Source: Obrimoposthia wandeli | Lineage: Eukaryota | Direction: 5' to 3' | Length of the DNA stretch: 64,000 bases | NCBI GenBank assembly: GCA_977020255.1 | Contig: CDROCS010000358.1 | Location: 186,001-250,000, forward strand | Part shown: positions 49,804 through 62,338 of the stretch, in pieces | Layout: each line of letters opens with the position of its first letter | Numbering within the stretch: the stretch's first letter is position 1 | Made by a program: the position numbers and the translations under genes | The notes under the pieces: generated by a model | The model's database searches: none | Told to the model about the DNA's origin: nothing | Seen by the model: the letters and a program-made list of their open reading frames with translations, nothing else

Positions 49804-51033
49804 CTATAATATGACAGTTCTGTTTTTATTGATTTGTATTTCCGAATCAAATACTCCGTAAATAAGCACCGTAGTAGGATTTGTTAAAGCTGCATTGAAC
49901 TTAATTTCTAGTCGTAAATTTCCATCCTTTGGTAGTTGGCATTGGTTTATATCAAAATCTGGTGCCAAAACAAATGTGAAGAACGGGCAGCTGTTTTTAA
50001 AGTCAGTGAAAGAAATACCATTGTTTATATTTTTATCTAGTTGACACAAATTTCGAATAATAGATTGGGTATAAACCAAAGCATAAGCGTCACCTTCGAA
50101 ATCTGTTTTATATGTTTCACGATAATCAGTATTTCTTGAAAGTGTCATTGAACCAACATTAAGATTGTCAAATTGAGTTGCATCTGTCGTATAATTTCCT
50201 AGAAACTTTGCAGTTTTTTGAAAAGAAATTAAAATGAATTTCGGTAATCTTACATCACCAAAAATTAGATCCTTATTAAAAGCTTGTGTACTCGTACCTA
50301 AAGAATAAGATATAAGTTTAGTTTCTCTAATAGAATAACAAGCATTGTTTTTTTCCATTCCTATATTATGTGCCATTAAAACTGATTGCTCGGTTTTAAC
50401 TCTTCGAACATACAATTTTGCATCCAAAATATCAAGTCTAGGTTTTAGAATGTCCGTGCTTATCAAAGAAAAATTCCATTTATTACGTTTCAAACGAAGA
50501 TGTACATTAACACCGGGAATTAAATATTTCGGTTGTTCAAAGAAATTCAATCTCAAAGACCCACACATTTCGTAAGCTTTAGAACCTGCAATCCATTCTT
50601 TGCGAGTTGCATCAGTTTTATCATAACCAATGGTTGCCAAATTAGTATTTTGAGTATCAGTACTATAATTCAAAAAACTTTCAATCAAAGCTTTATGAGC
50701 ATAGGAAGAATTTCCACCTTCAATTTTGACATTATTAAGAGTAACAATGGCATCATTAAATAAAGAATTAAAAAGATAATTTACAGGTGTTACTTCGGCA
50801 TTTTCATCTAAATTAGTACCATCCCGATTTAATACTTTTATTTGAACATAAAGCAAAGTATCATTCAAATCTAAATACTCGCTATTGGAACCAGTAATAT
50901 TAAATTCTAAATCGGTTAAAGTGGTTCCTGAAACTGAGTTAACAAGGAATATTTCTTCAAAGGAAGCATTATCTACAACTACTTGTGGAAGCGGTTAATC
51001 AAAAATACATAATTCAGTTTTGGCGGAACTCAT
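49804..51033 (-). pseudogene. Major capsid protein (double jelly-roll type), one premature stop at codon 13
   Basis: KTELCIFD*PLPQ, LEFNITG..EYLDLNDTLLYV, NYLFNSLF, KYLIPGVNVHLRLKRN, GNLRLEIKFNAAL..PTTVLIYG. Confidence 0.88.
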
Positions 51034-51407
51034 TTTGCAAATATTGTTCCTTCAACTTTCTTACGTTTGTTTATATTAATTTTTAGCATCTTTTTACTTT
51101 TAAATCCACTACCTCCTTGGCTTTTATTTGATTTACGTTTTCTAATCAAATTAGCAACTTCAGGTAAAACATTATCAAGTTCATCAAGCGCATGCTTCTT
51201 AAAAGTTGGTATTAGTTTATTGTCATTATATGAAAGGTAATCCTTTCCTAATTTTGATATAAATCGCCCGAGATTCTTTAAAAGAGGAAAGGCAAATCTA
51301 CCTAATGTTCTGAGCCAGCCAGATCCGTATTGTTTACCAACAAAATATGGTAATTCTCCACCTTGTTGACTTTGACTATAAGCTTCAATTATTGCTGGAT
51401 TCGCCAT
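51030..51407 (-). CDS. Conserved Polinton small core-like protein with QxGxG motifs
   Basis: YSQSQQGGELPYFVGKQYGSGWLRTLGRFAFPLLK, QGGSG, basic C-terminus; stop overlaps the capsid ATG (ATGA). Confidence 0.75.
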   Translation of the reverse strand: MANPAIIEAYSQSQQGGELPYFVGKQYGSGWLRTLGRFAFPLLKNLGRFISKLGKDYLSYNDNKLIPTFKKHALDELDNVLPEVANLIRKRKSNKSQGGSGFKSKKMLKININKRKKVEGTIFAK

Positions 51408-52270
51408 TTAATTTTTTCTTAAATGTATTGTTAAACTTGTCTTGGCCCCGTACGTGAAATCTAATAGTTGTCCGGAATCATCTCTAATATTTACTTCAAT
51501 ATTGTTTATAGAAAAGAGAGAAACTGGAAGATACATTGGTTGATCTATACACATACCGACAGTGTCCCCATCTCTAGTTTCATTTTTAGATATCCATATT
51601 GTTCTCAAAAGTGGAACTCGCTGTCCTCCTACAAGCGTTGGTTCTATTAAATTAGTATAAATATATAAATGATTAATAACATTTAAAAGTTTTGCCTTAT
51701 TTTTAGCTTTTATGGTTTTTATTGTATGGGTTTCAAAGGTATTTCTGTTTAAACCAAGGTTTTTAGCGAGTTTATCATCAAATGAAACTCATTTTATATT
51801 GCTCTTTACTGTAAACGTTAATTTACCATTTAATGTTTCACATTTATCCAAATATTCACTACATTCCTTCTGTATTAATTTACAGAAATTCACTTCACTA
51901 TCTATTTTATAATCTTTTGAAAACGTTTTCAGTTCCACTACAGTCTTTGTTTTCGTTTCAAGTAACAACACTTTTGCTACTCTACCAGGAACATTTCTAA
52001 CCGAATTAGATGAGATAATACCCCGTTTATTACGAGCTACTGTTTGTTCACTATCAAAACTGAATTGAAGAGCTTATTTTTTAGATTCAAAATTAATTTT
52101 AATAACTTGAAGAAATTTTAATCGATTTTTAAATCTGACTTTGTTATTTTCAAATATTACTTTCACTTCTTTATTTATACAATTGTAATAGAATTGTCCT
52201 TTACTATCAAACCCGATCACAACTTCAGTTGATTTTTCATGATCTTTTGTAAACGAAATATGTGAGTTTT
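51408..52270 (-). pseudogene. Minor capsid (penton) protein, 5' truncated, with internal stops
   Basis: LYIYTNLIEPTLVGGQRVPLLR, QPMYLPV, IEVNIRDDSGQLLDF. Confidence 0.8.
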
Positions 52271-52941
52271 TTTTTTTTTTTTCGTTTTTCTTATATTTAG
52301 CTTTTTTAATTTTTTCTTTTTTATTCCTGTTCATCCAAATGTCCATAGAGTTTTTATTAGTAACATCAACAGGTCTCATTCCCTTGAGACCTCTATATTC
52401 AGAGTGATTATATGCATGTATTATTTTAGGTAAAACTTGGATCCATTTTTTATTTCCTTCTTTTGTGAAATACCTTTTTATTCGATCTCTTAGAGTACGA
52501 TTAAATCTTTCTACTACTGCTGCTTTGTATTGTGAAAACACAGAGTAATGATTTATATTATTTTGTTTAAATAATGATTGAACTTGCTTATTATAAAATT
52601 ATTTTCCTTAATCAGTTTGCACATTTTGTGGAATGTCCTCTTTTAATATTTCTTTAATGGCTTCAAGCATAGCTATTGAAGACTTTGCTTTAACTGGAAT
52701 TGCACGAGCAAACCTGCTAAATACATCAATACATGTTAAAATATATCGATATCCCTTATTAATGGAAGGTTTTGTAAGCTCTAGTTGGAAACCTTCTTCT
52801 CATCGGCTTGTTCAGACTGTAGGCTAACTGGTCGCTCAGCCATTTCTGCGTTTTCTTGTAATTTTGTTTTGTTCTTTTTGCTAATTGTGAAACTCCTGTG
52901 TAGCCAATTGGATCTTTTGGATTGAACCATATCTTCTCCAT
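52270..52941 (-). pseudogene. Polinton retroviral-like integrase
   Basis: MEKIWFNPKDP, GYRYILTCIDVFSRFA, VQTD*GK*FYN, KAAVVERFNRTLR, YNHS; deletion and frameshift remove the first catalytic Asp region. Confidence 0.88.
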
Positions 52942-53063
52942 TACAACAATTTGAATAGAAAGAAAATTTAAGTTTAGGTAAAAAAGGGCTAGCACCCATA
53001 TCTTTAGCTGATTTTAGAAATAATTGTTTATGAACGTGTCGCAGCTATAGTACTACTGATAAT

Positions 53064-53357
53064 TTAAGCAACAACTGGAATAACAGCCCCTATGAAACCA
53101 CCATTCTGTTTAAGAATAATATTTCGTTTCCTTTTTTTACTTTTTACATTAGCAATATCTAGAAGAGTTTTTCTATATTTCTTTAATATATTTTTCCGAT
53201 TTCCAACTTTTACGCGACCCAAAACTATATTATACAAAACTTTCAATAAATCATCTACAACAAAGGATGGAAATACTTTAAGAATAATCATTCTCTTATT
53301 AGAAGAGGCTTTGACTAAAGCTTTAAAATAGGGTATGCTTCTTTGTATTTTCTTCAT
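53064..53357 (-). CDS. Conserved Polinton small protein ending in QxGGF-hydrophobic
   Basis: LLKVLYNIVLGRV...KRNIILKQNGGFIGAVIPVVA. Confidence 0.7.
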   Translation of the reverse strand: MKKIQRSIPYFKALVKASSNKRMIILKVFPSFVVDDLLKVLYNIVLGRVKVGNRKNILKKYRKTLLDIANVKSKKRKRNIILKQNGGFIGAVIPVVA

Positions 53358-53372
53358 TTTAATAAAAAAGGT

Positions 53373-53528
53373 TCAATTTAAATATTGTTTATATTCGAAG
53401 CCATTTAAGTTTTTTTTATTTTTAACTACAGATTTGATTAATTTTTTCACTTCTTTTTTCTTAATGATTCTTTTTTTTGATTTCTTAGATTTTACTTTAC
53501 GTTTTACTATCAACTTTGTAAAAGGCAT
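53373..53528 (-). CDS. 51-aa lysine-rich protein (not in the ORF track)
   Basis: MPFTKLIVKRKVKSKKSKKRIIKKKEVKKLIKSVVKNKKNLNGFEYKQYLN, packed between the ATPase and the next gene. Confidence 0.55.
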   Translation of the reverse strand: MPFTKLIVKRKVKSKKSKKRIIKKKEVKKLIKSVVKNKKNLNGFEYKQYLN

Positions 53529-53535
53529 TGCGAAT

Positions 53536-54183
53536 TTATTTTTTATAATTGTTCTCTATTTGTTTATAAACAGTTACTCCCTTAGAATTAAATATGTCTG
53601 TTAAAACACGTAAATCATCTGGGCAAGCTTGTGTAAAGTTAATAAATATATACCCATGTGCTTGTTTAGCAGCATCGTGGAATGAATCAACTAGAAAGTT
53701 CTTATTTTGAGGAAATGCCTGTCTGGCCACAAAATCAACAACTGTTTGATCTCTAGGATTTTTAAATAAAACTAAGTAATGTACATTAAGGTTTCTAGTT
53801 CTATGGTGACCTCCTTGGTGAAACAGATTTTGAGTGATAAATATAACTGTAACTTCACGATGTCTTGCAATCTTTGTAAATAAATTATTAAAGTCCGATT
53901 CCTTGTTAGCCTCCTCATACAAATCATCAATTATTATTACATCTTCTTTTTTCAATCTTTCACACCAATTTGCATCAAATCCTTCAATAAATTTTATACC
54001 CTTCAACTTGCAAACTTCTGTTTTGGTTAACCCGCTTTCCCCTTCTCCACCATGATGCCAATAAATATTTTTGAAACTAGATTTGAAAAGAGATTCATTT
54101 TGCAACAATTTACAGACGAAATGTGTCTTTCCACTTCCACTTGGGCCAACTATTTGAAATACAGCATTATTATTTAGCTCCAT
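53536..54183 (-). CDS. Packaging ATPase (FtsK/HerA, A32-like)
   Basis: Walker A GPSGSGKT, Walker B IIIDD, FTKIARH, ITQNLF, VLFKNPRD. Confidence 0.92.
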   Translation of the reverse strand: MELNNNAVFQIVGPSGSGKTHFVCKLLQNESLFKSSFKNIYWHHGGEGESGLTKTEVCKLKGIKFIEGFDANWCERLKKEDVIIIDDLYEEANKESDFNNLFTKIARHREVTVIFITQNLFHQGGHHRTRNLNVHYLVLFKNPRDQTVVDFVARQAFPQNKNFLVDSFHDAAKQAHGYIFINFTQACPDDLRVLTDIFNSKGVTVYKQIENNYKK

Positions 54184-54220
54184 TGCATATACTCTTTCAT
54201 TTTTAATATTGTTTATATTA

Positions 54221-54502
54221 TCATAGAAGTTTCCTTATTGAAATGTACAATGTTAGAGCTATTGTAGATGAAATACAAAAATTAATTAATGAATATTTGG
54301 CTATAATTTTATTTATTTGTGTACGATTTCTAAATTCTCGAATAACGTGTGATCTAACCAATATTTCAATGTTATCTCTTGTTATATCATTATTTTTTAA
54401 TTCTGATAAAATTTCTTTACCCCTAATTTTTCCAGAAAATATTTCATTGGCAAGCCGATCCACTTCATTGTATCTATTTATAGTATTATTCATTTGAAAC
54501 AA
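54221..54502 (-). CDS. Small protein with a C-terminal hydrophobic segment, unknown function
   Basis: Intact ORF between the TBP-like gene and the ATPase; tail YSLINFCISSTIALTLYISI. Confidence 0.45.
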   Translation of the reverse strand: MFQMNNTINRYNEVDRLANEIFSGKIRGKEILSELKNNDITRDNIEILVRSHVIREFRNRTQINKIIAKYSLINFCISSTIALTLYISIRKLL

Positions 54503-55024
54503 TAAGTTTAAACGGGGTTTGTTTATAGAAAAAAGATAACAAGATGTAATAAGATATATTTTCTAAAATCAAATCAACTATGTCTGGATAGTCAAAATTT
54601 TTCAATCCCAATATCATAACTTTACCACTGGAAAATATATTTACACATAGCGGTTTAAACTTCAAATAACTGAGAGCAGGAAAAATTTCTGGTTCAAACA
54701 TGCATTCTTCTTTCATTTTCTCAGCAGTTTTAAAAAGATTTATCTGTTTCCCGAGATTAGCCGAAATCGTGATTGATTGTATTGCAGTGATTTGAATTCC
54801 AAATGGTAAATTGAACCCAAGCATTGGTATTTTGCATCCCATAACACGACAATTTCCTAAAGAATTCAATATGAAAATAAAATAAAAAACTAACCTGTAG
54901 GAAAAATAACATCTGTGAAATTGTCAAACTTTTCTACATATTGTCTCGGCTTCCATTCATTGAATGGTAAGTACGAAACATCATCTTCTGTTCTACCTTT
55001 ATAATTTATATTTACGAGTTTCAT
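54486..55024 (-). CDS. TATA-binding-protein-like protein (exons 55024-54895 and 54856-54486; 38-nt intron)
   Basis: Spliced product has two TBP-like repeats: MKLVNI...VIFPTGNCRVMGCK and IQSITISANLG..INL...FEPEIFPALSY...NIFSSGKVMILGLK. Confidence 0.8.
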
Positions 55025-58000
55025 TAGACTGAAATTGTATTCTGTAAAATCTTCTTTATATGTCTGAACCTGCTTTTTTATTGCACGTTTCTTGTAATTA
55101 TCTTGCAAACCTATTATAATTGGATGATATATTTCTTCCAATCAATTTTGATTTTTAATATAGATTTAGTCCAATCAAATTCAATGCTTTAGTTATATTA
55201 ACCAATGAGATTCATGTCTTTGTTAGAAATTAGTATAAAAGAATGCGCCATTGGAGGACAAATCACAGTAAATGCATTCATATCAAAGACAATTATCAAC
55301 AATGGATGATAGCCAACGGGTATTAAGCAATATTTGAAAACTCGTCTGCGAAAATCCGTCGGGGTCAATATGGATTCTCGTGGTCTTCTCTAACCACTTT
55401 TGAGATTCATGGTAAAAGTTTAACAAATATGGTGGGGGGGTACCCCTTCCTCCCCCCCCTTTGGGTGGAATGGAGACACACATACACGAAATTTCACTCC
55501 ACACACTTACACGAAATTTCACTCCACACACCTACACGGTTTAAAAGGACAATGGGGGGAGGGGGGGTGTGGATTAGACCGGACACATCCACCTTTTTTC
55601 GGGTCAAGGGAGGAGGGATTTAGTCCCACAATTGAATATAATAGGGGCATAAAAGTAAAACAAAGATTTACACAAATAATAAATGTATTAACTGAACATG
55701 TTTGTATTCTCGTATCACAGTGCAATTCTAGAGGATGTTGAAATAATATTTACCTACTGATATTTGGGTGTTACGAGCATTGGGAAGTGGGCATTTGACA
55801 GTAACCTTCAATTTTGTATTCTGACAACGCAGTTTTATGTAATTTTATCTTTTGCGTGTTTATCAATATTTTATAATGTTCATATATTGATTCTGATTGT
55901 GTATTGATATCTGACATTTTACTGCACTTCCCGTTGTTTTTATTGAGAAATGGCAATTTCGACTGGATTTTGAGATAATCCCTACTTTAAGCTTCTAATG
56001 ACTTCATTGGTCTTCAACGTATTTCATGCGAAAATAATCTCAACAACTCATTTATCCCATATACACACACAAATGAGAGATACGCACAGATGTATAAAAT
56101 GTTCCATATTTGCATAGCCTCTTTCAAACTAACATATTGGCCTATTGGTATTTATTGCCATTGGACTGTCAACAAAGGCACGCCATTCGAATGGATGATG
56201 GTCAAAATCGATGGCTTGGAAATGACCTTTTATTTTTCATCAACTCTAAAGTAATGTGAAAACAACAAATGTTTCTTTCGGTAGCTGCATATTTTAAAGC
56301 TTGAGTAAATTCCACGCATTCTTACCTAATGTGATAAGTTCTGCCTTTGACTGTCGTCGTCTAGGTCTTCAGGAGAGGTCTCATTTTCTTGCCCTGAGAT
56401 GGGACAGCTATTGACAATTCACCACAATTTGGCGGCACTGGTACACTGTAGGATGTACTACTTGGATATGTTACATTGTTCCGATTTTAAACACTTTCAT
56501 ATTTGGCAAATTATCCTTATTGTCTCTATACATTGACACATTCAAAGCAACCGTACATGATTAATAAATAGGAAAATACATATTTCACAGAAATTGAAAG
56601 TCGTAAAACTAGAGTGACTCTTTTAGGAAATATGAAACTAATCTTCGAATGATAAGTTTGTTTCAACTGGTAGCAAATTAAATTCTTAGGAATTAACGAG
56701 ACCTATAAACTTTATTTCTTGGTTTCTCAAATTTCACTTCTGGCCATTCTTTCCACGTCTCATTTTGTAGATATTTCTAACTTCATTAAAATTGAAATAA
56801 ATACTCAGATCTATCCTTGTTTTATACATATACATTTTAAGCTATTTATATTTTCTTTTTTGCGCAGCTATTTTTGATTTCAATTCCTTGGCTTATCTCA
56901 GATTAGTTTGAAGCAGAATGCGTTTAGTAGCTGATTAAAGCTCCTAAAAGAACTGAAATTCAATGATGAAAGGGGGAATGCGGAAAAGAAAGGTATAATC
57001 AAAATATAATCTGAAATCATTTTTTCTGATATAAGAAAGATTCAATAAAATGAATACTTAGGAAAACATTTGTCAAATTACGTTTAGTCTTTTATACAGT
57101 TTGGATACAGTGACGTCTGATGGTGCCCACAGAACATCCTAAACGCGAATTGTTCTCGCAATATACGATGCGTACTTCTTCTTCCATTATCGGTCTTTTG
57201 AACATTTTGATTTTATATGGCTGAGATTCCGTGTTTTGAAAGATTATTCACTATGACAAACTGCCATTTGATCGCTAATCTAAAGTTGCATCCTTCTCTT
57301 TTAGTTGATTCCTTATATTTCGTCAACATTAAAACATTTATGCGACTTAAACGCGCCACTACTATCTCTGAAATTGATATTCCTCGCCTCCGCATTCCTT
57401 TCTTCATCTACAAGATTATTTATGCTGTTCTGAAGATTCTGTATCCGTATTTGATTAAATTAATTGTGATAAACATCCAGGCTTCAAACACTTGAGACCA
57501 TATGTCATATTTTGTTTGATTATGCCTCCTTGACCAAGACTTCGTTATCAGGTTGAATTTCTGCAAAATAATACGTTTTTCCTATCTGGAATTGGTGGGA
57601 TTTGATGGTTTAAGGAAAAATCTTTTATTTTCCTGAAACTTGAAACATTAGCAATCAGACGATTCGACTCTATTTCTTCCATGGTCCTCATCGTTACTTT
57701 GTCCGGTAACTACTTGATTTCATATTAAGATATATCCATTTGTGTGAGGTTAATTTTAGAGGTGCAGCAGTTAGAGAAATTCAATTTACAAAGCCAAAAT
57801 AAAATATTAACCTTCAAACGTAGAAATCAAAATCAAAATTTATTTCAAATTTATGAATTATTAAAACCAAATAATAAATCTCATTTTTGTCGAAAAATAT
57901 TTTTATAATGAAATTTTAATGATCTTTGTTCTCACGACCCGAAGAATTTTGCTTGCCGACTCATTTACTTTCGAACCATTTTGATTTCTAATATCCACAT

Positions 58001-60714
58001 TTCCAATTTATTTCACTGTTATCCCAATTAAACTGCTTCGCCTTGACATTTTCTTTCGTATCTCATATTAAATTGGTTGCACTATGTTTGAAATTGAAAG
58101 TCGATTTGATGAGAATATTGATTCTGTGATGTGCCCTTAGACGTAGTTTTGTCAGTGTATACATCTGGGTGCTTCATCGATCGTGCATCACCAAAACACT
58201 TGTCCAGACAGCTGGATGTAGTTGATCCGATGATTGCAGAGGCTGATGATGTCAGTGCTGTGCTGCAGAATGATCCTACACTTGTTATCCGCATACATGT
58301 GACCGGACGCAGGTCTTTGCACTGTCTAATTCACATTCATTCGCATCTGGCTAGACCTGTAGAAATACGATTGCGACAATTTCCCTCACGATTTGCTGCT
58401 GTCGTCTGGCCCAGTCAATCATGAACCAAACCCAACAAATGCCGACTGGATACACCGGTACGTATTGTGCTCGTGTATGGCACGTTTACGGAGTAAGGAC
58501 GTGCACAATTCCGTATTTTTTACTTAGCTAAATATTTGTACATTTTCCTAAGAACCAGCAAAAGTTAATTAAACAAATTGAAGTTTAATTCGGTGAGCAT
58601 AAAATTCCCCTAAATCTTTAAACTACCAAAGCTCGTACAATAGAAATCCGGGAAAATGGTCGTTAATGGATGGAAATGTCCAATAGATTATTTATTGACA
58701 TCGAAATTCAGCCTACAGCTCGCTTCTTCATTGGCCTATCGAGGATGGATCTCTAATATCGAGTCACAATTTTGTCCCATAAATAAACTTTTATAAAGAT
58801 ACCTCCCTAATCTTGAAACAGAAGTAGAAACTTTGGATTTAAAATTTTAATTAAAAAAAACTTTTGTTTATTGATGCAGTATTTACCTTTTCAAATTGTG
58901 CGAATAACAGGTAGAATAATGATGAAATAGAGTGATAAATATTGCGGAGAATAAAAATAACCAAATAAAACCAACTTATTTTACAACATTTTGTTCTTTA
59001 TTGTTTAATATTCCAGCTTATTAATTAAATGGCTTGCAAAAAAAATTAAACAAATCCTTCACTCAAATTAAATAAGTTCTGGTACATGTCAATATTTATT
59101 GAAGCTTTATTGGCTGCCGAGTTCCTACTTATTATCAAAACTTGTTTTCTCTCAAAAAGAACTTCACGACAAAGTACACGTCTTTTGGAGTGATATTTCA
59201 AATCTTTGCATTTACCGATGAATTTTAGTGCACTTGAGTGATCAAATCGATTATTAGAGATTGACGCTCGATTGTTCTAGAAATGAAACATAGGCATGTG
59301 TTAATGATTTATTCATTTGTTCGACAGTGTCTATCAAACATTGAAGCACTATCAGAAATTAACTTAATTTGAGTAGGAACTTTGTAACTGGGAATTTTGA
59401 TGGTTCTGAACTTAGCTTTCCAACAAAACTAAACCCGCTATAATGTGTTTGTTAACTTGACGAACACCAGTTCAATTGCAAGTATGTCTGCGGCTGAAAC
59501 ATGTAGAAATACAGTAAATAGTAGCTTTATTCGAACGGATGGTTATCTTATGATGGGAACTTCTAGCTACGGGAGCATACTTCTGAAGAATTCCACCAAA
59601 TGATATATTTATGTAAGCATTTTGTGAGTCAAGAGTCACCGTCGCTGATTCAAAAATAATCAATTTCTTGTTGTGCCATGTACAAGCTCGTGGATGATAG
59701 AGAGTTGACACTTGGGGTACAAGTCATTCGCAAAGGCAGTGACAATCTCGTAAGTCATTATAACGGGTAATAGTAGTGATCAAGATAAAAATTCAATAAG
59801 GTCCCATAAAATAATATAGAAGCCATAACTACGAATACAAATGGCCATAATGACCGTGTGTAATTTATTTAACAAACATTTTCAAAGTTGCAATTTATAA
59901 TAACCTAATGGGCGAATAACAAGTTAACTGATAATTAACATAAATTATTTGTTTTATCTATCTATATTTAGTTCGTTTTGCAATGAAGAGGCAAATCCTA
60001 CAACAAAATTTGTTGTTGATTTTTCTCGAGGGGTAGGACCGTCGTCAGGACAACAGCATTTTTCTACCCTTGCTCAAGGGACTTTGTAAATATGCAGTAA
60101 CAAAATCTTACTATTTATACTAAGTAAATTGGTATCAATTAAAAATTCCACCGTCCGTTATTAAATAATAACAAATGACGATTTTTTTATATTTCTTTAA
60201 ATACACGTTGTTGTAATTTATTAATTCCCTTTGTATTGTTTAATTTAATTGTATTAACATTAATTAATTATTTTGTATAAATTTTACTTTGTATTTTTAA
60301 AATTCAGCTAATCAAAAATTTCAAATATTACATATTTTAGTATTGCAAATTATGGTGAAATATTATTAATTGGATCATAGACACCCATAATCCATCACCT
60401 GTATTTTTTGAATGGTTAGCAAATTGACTCACGAGCTGCAGGATCGCACCCCTTTGCTAAGCCGTTCAGAAAAGTGACTCTACAAACAAATACAGCAATT
60501 TCATTGCTTTGCAGCTTTATTGTTACCGTATTTCTTTGCATGTAGGATCTTCCCTTCAATATGCAAATTGCTTTGAGCATATCAATAAGCTTTCTTAAAT
60601 CGGATATCTGTTTGCCCCATCACTGCTCAGATAACTTATTAATATATACCAAATACTTTGTCCATAATATCAGTTAAACGTATTGATAAACCTCTGATCA
60701 CAGGATCGTATCAA

Positions 60715-60980
60715 AAGAGTATGAAACATAAAATAAGCTGGTTTGATTTCCATAGCGTCGTTTAGTTTAGCACCTCCTTCCCTTTTAACTTTCAATTTAA
60801 CAAGAAGTAGAGTATCATTTCAATCAAGTTATAGAGAATTTGATCCATTTATATTGAATTCCAAATCAGGAGATGAAGTTTCACAATCTGTATTTCTTGG
60901 AAATATTTCCTCAAAAGTAGCACTATCAACTACCACCTCAGGAAGTGGTTTATTAAATATGCACAATTCAATTTTAGTGT
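60715..60980 (-). pseudogene. N-terminal fragment of a second Polinton major capsid gene
   Basis: KIELCIFNKPLPEVVVDSATFEEIF...DLEFNINGSN...NDTLLLV aligns with the capsid at 50800-51033. Confidence 0.8.
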
Positions 60981-61144
60981 TATGTAATATTAAGTGAAAT
61001 CGTTTCAAACGAATCAGATTTACTGATAAACTAAAGCTAAATATTTGATTGTTTTTAATTTTGTATTCATATCCAAAATATCGTATACAGTAATATTGTA
61101 TTAACGAATTATACGGTTCTTGATTCTACAATCATAAAAAACTG

Positions 61145-62338
61145 GTGACTTTGTTGCCGCTGTGCAGACCTGAGGAAGACCGTAGCAAGTGCGTGCCGTA
61201 TGAGGTGGTCTCCACACAGAGCAGGGCCTTGCTGTTGCAGCACTCTCCCAGCTCCAGCAGTCTCGATTGCTGCAGCCTCATGGAGCAGCATGGGCCAGGC
61301 TCTTTGGCGGCTGGGGCCTCAATCGCTCTACCCGGCTACGACTCGCTGCCGGTAGGATTTGATCTCACTTGGACTCACTATAACTTGTTTATCCTTACAT
61401 AAATACTTCAAACACCCTGCAACTTGTAAGAGGTCTCATCTGTGATTTTAAAACTTCAAAATGACTACATTGAATAGATTAATTTTTATTTAATTCCTGA
61501 GAAAATTAATGTCTAAACAACATAAAAAGGAAAAATAAAAAATCTAATAATATTTGGGAGTTATAATAAAAAGTATAATTATTTATGTATTTTTATATTG
61601 ATATTAATTTGGACAGTATTCACTGAAGATGAACAAGATTTGTGATGTGCTCTTCGATAACTCGCCTTCTAAGTCATATAAAACATCAAAGTTTGTCAAC
61701 ATTCTTCGATCTAAATAAATAGTATTTATATTAAATATTTTGATTGTCTATTATCAACAATGAGACTATTCAAATTTATAACTCATCAGAGTCTTATTCT
61801 CAATTATTCCAGGAAGCACTTATTTACTACATAAATTAGCGAACGTTTTTTAGTCTACTGCATTATTTGTTTACTTTCTTTACCTGTCGTGTCGTCTTTA
61901 TGTGGGCATATTTCACATAATAGATTGATCTCTTCCACCTAATCTCTACCTGTAAATCTGTCAATTTGATCTGATATTCTACTAATGACATATGTATGCA
62001 TTCACAGCTGATTTTACAGATTATTGGAATTACGGATCCGTTACCGCCACCGTTACAGAACTCTGGGCCAATCTCAACTGCGGAGTTGCTGCATAACGCT
62101 GCCCTCGCAGTTGCGGCTGGCTCCGGCTGCGGTGACGAGGACGACAACAGAGCAATGCCCAGTGCAATCTCAGATATCCACGATCCCGACCTTGGGAACC
62201 CCCACATAGACCCGCTCGTGCTGCTGGAGCACCGCGACCCTGTACTCGATATCTACGCATCCATCTCTCGCATCCATCAACACCATCAGTACCAGCACCA
62301 GAAGACGTCTTCTCCTCACTTCTTCAGCCAGGATGACG
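61145..62338 (+). CDS. Two probable exons of an unidentified host gene (about 61145-61351 and 62020-62338)
   Basis: GC-rich open frames, donor ccg|gtagga, acceptor ttttacag, donor acg|gtatgt; joinable in phase 0. Confidence 0.5.

Larger units (their letters stand above)
40399..55597. mobile_element. Polinton/Maverick, 15.2 kb, decaying
   Basis: 6-bp TSD TTCGGG (40393-40398 and 55598-55603), left terminus AGTAG, inverted repeats 40399-40494 and 55478-55597, full hallmark gene set. Confidence 0.95.

Noticed and set aside
55750-56560. Possible decayed transposase on the minus strand beside the Polinton
   Set aside because: Many stops and no diagnostic motif that I could name
58080-58520. Open frames at 58082-58424, 59472-59711 and 63614-63874 as host genes
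   Set aside because: Coding is plausible, but strand and frame are ambiguous and no domain was recognised
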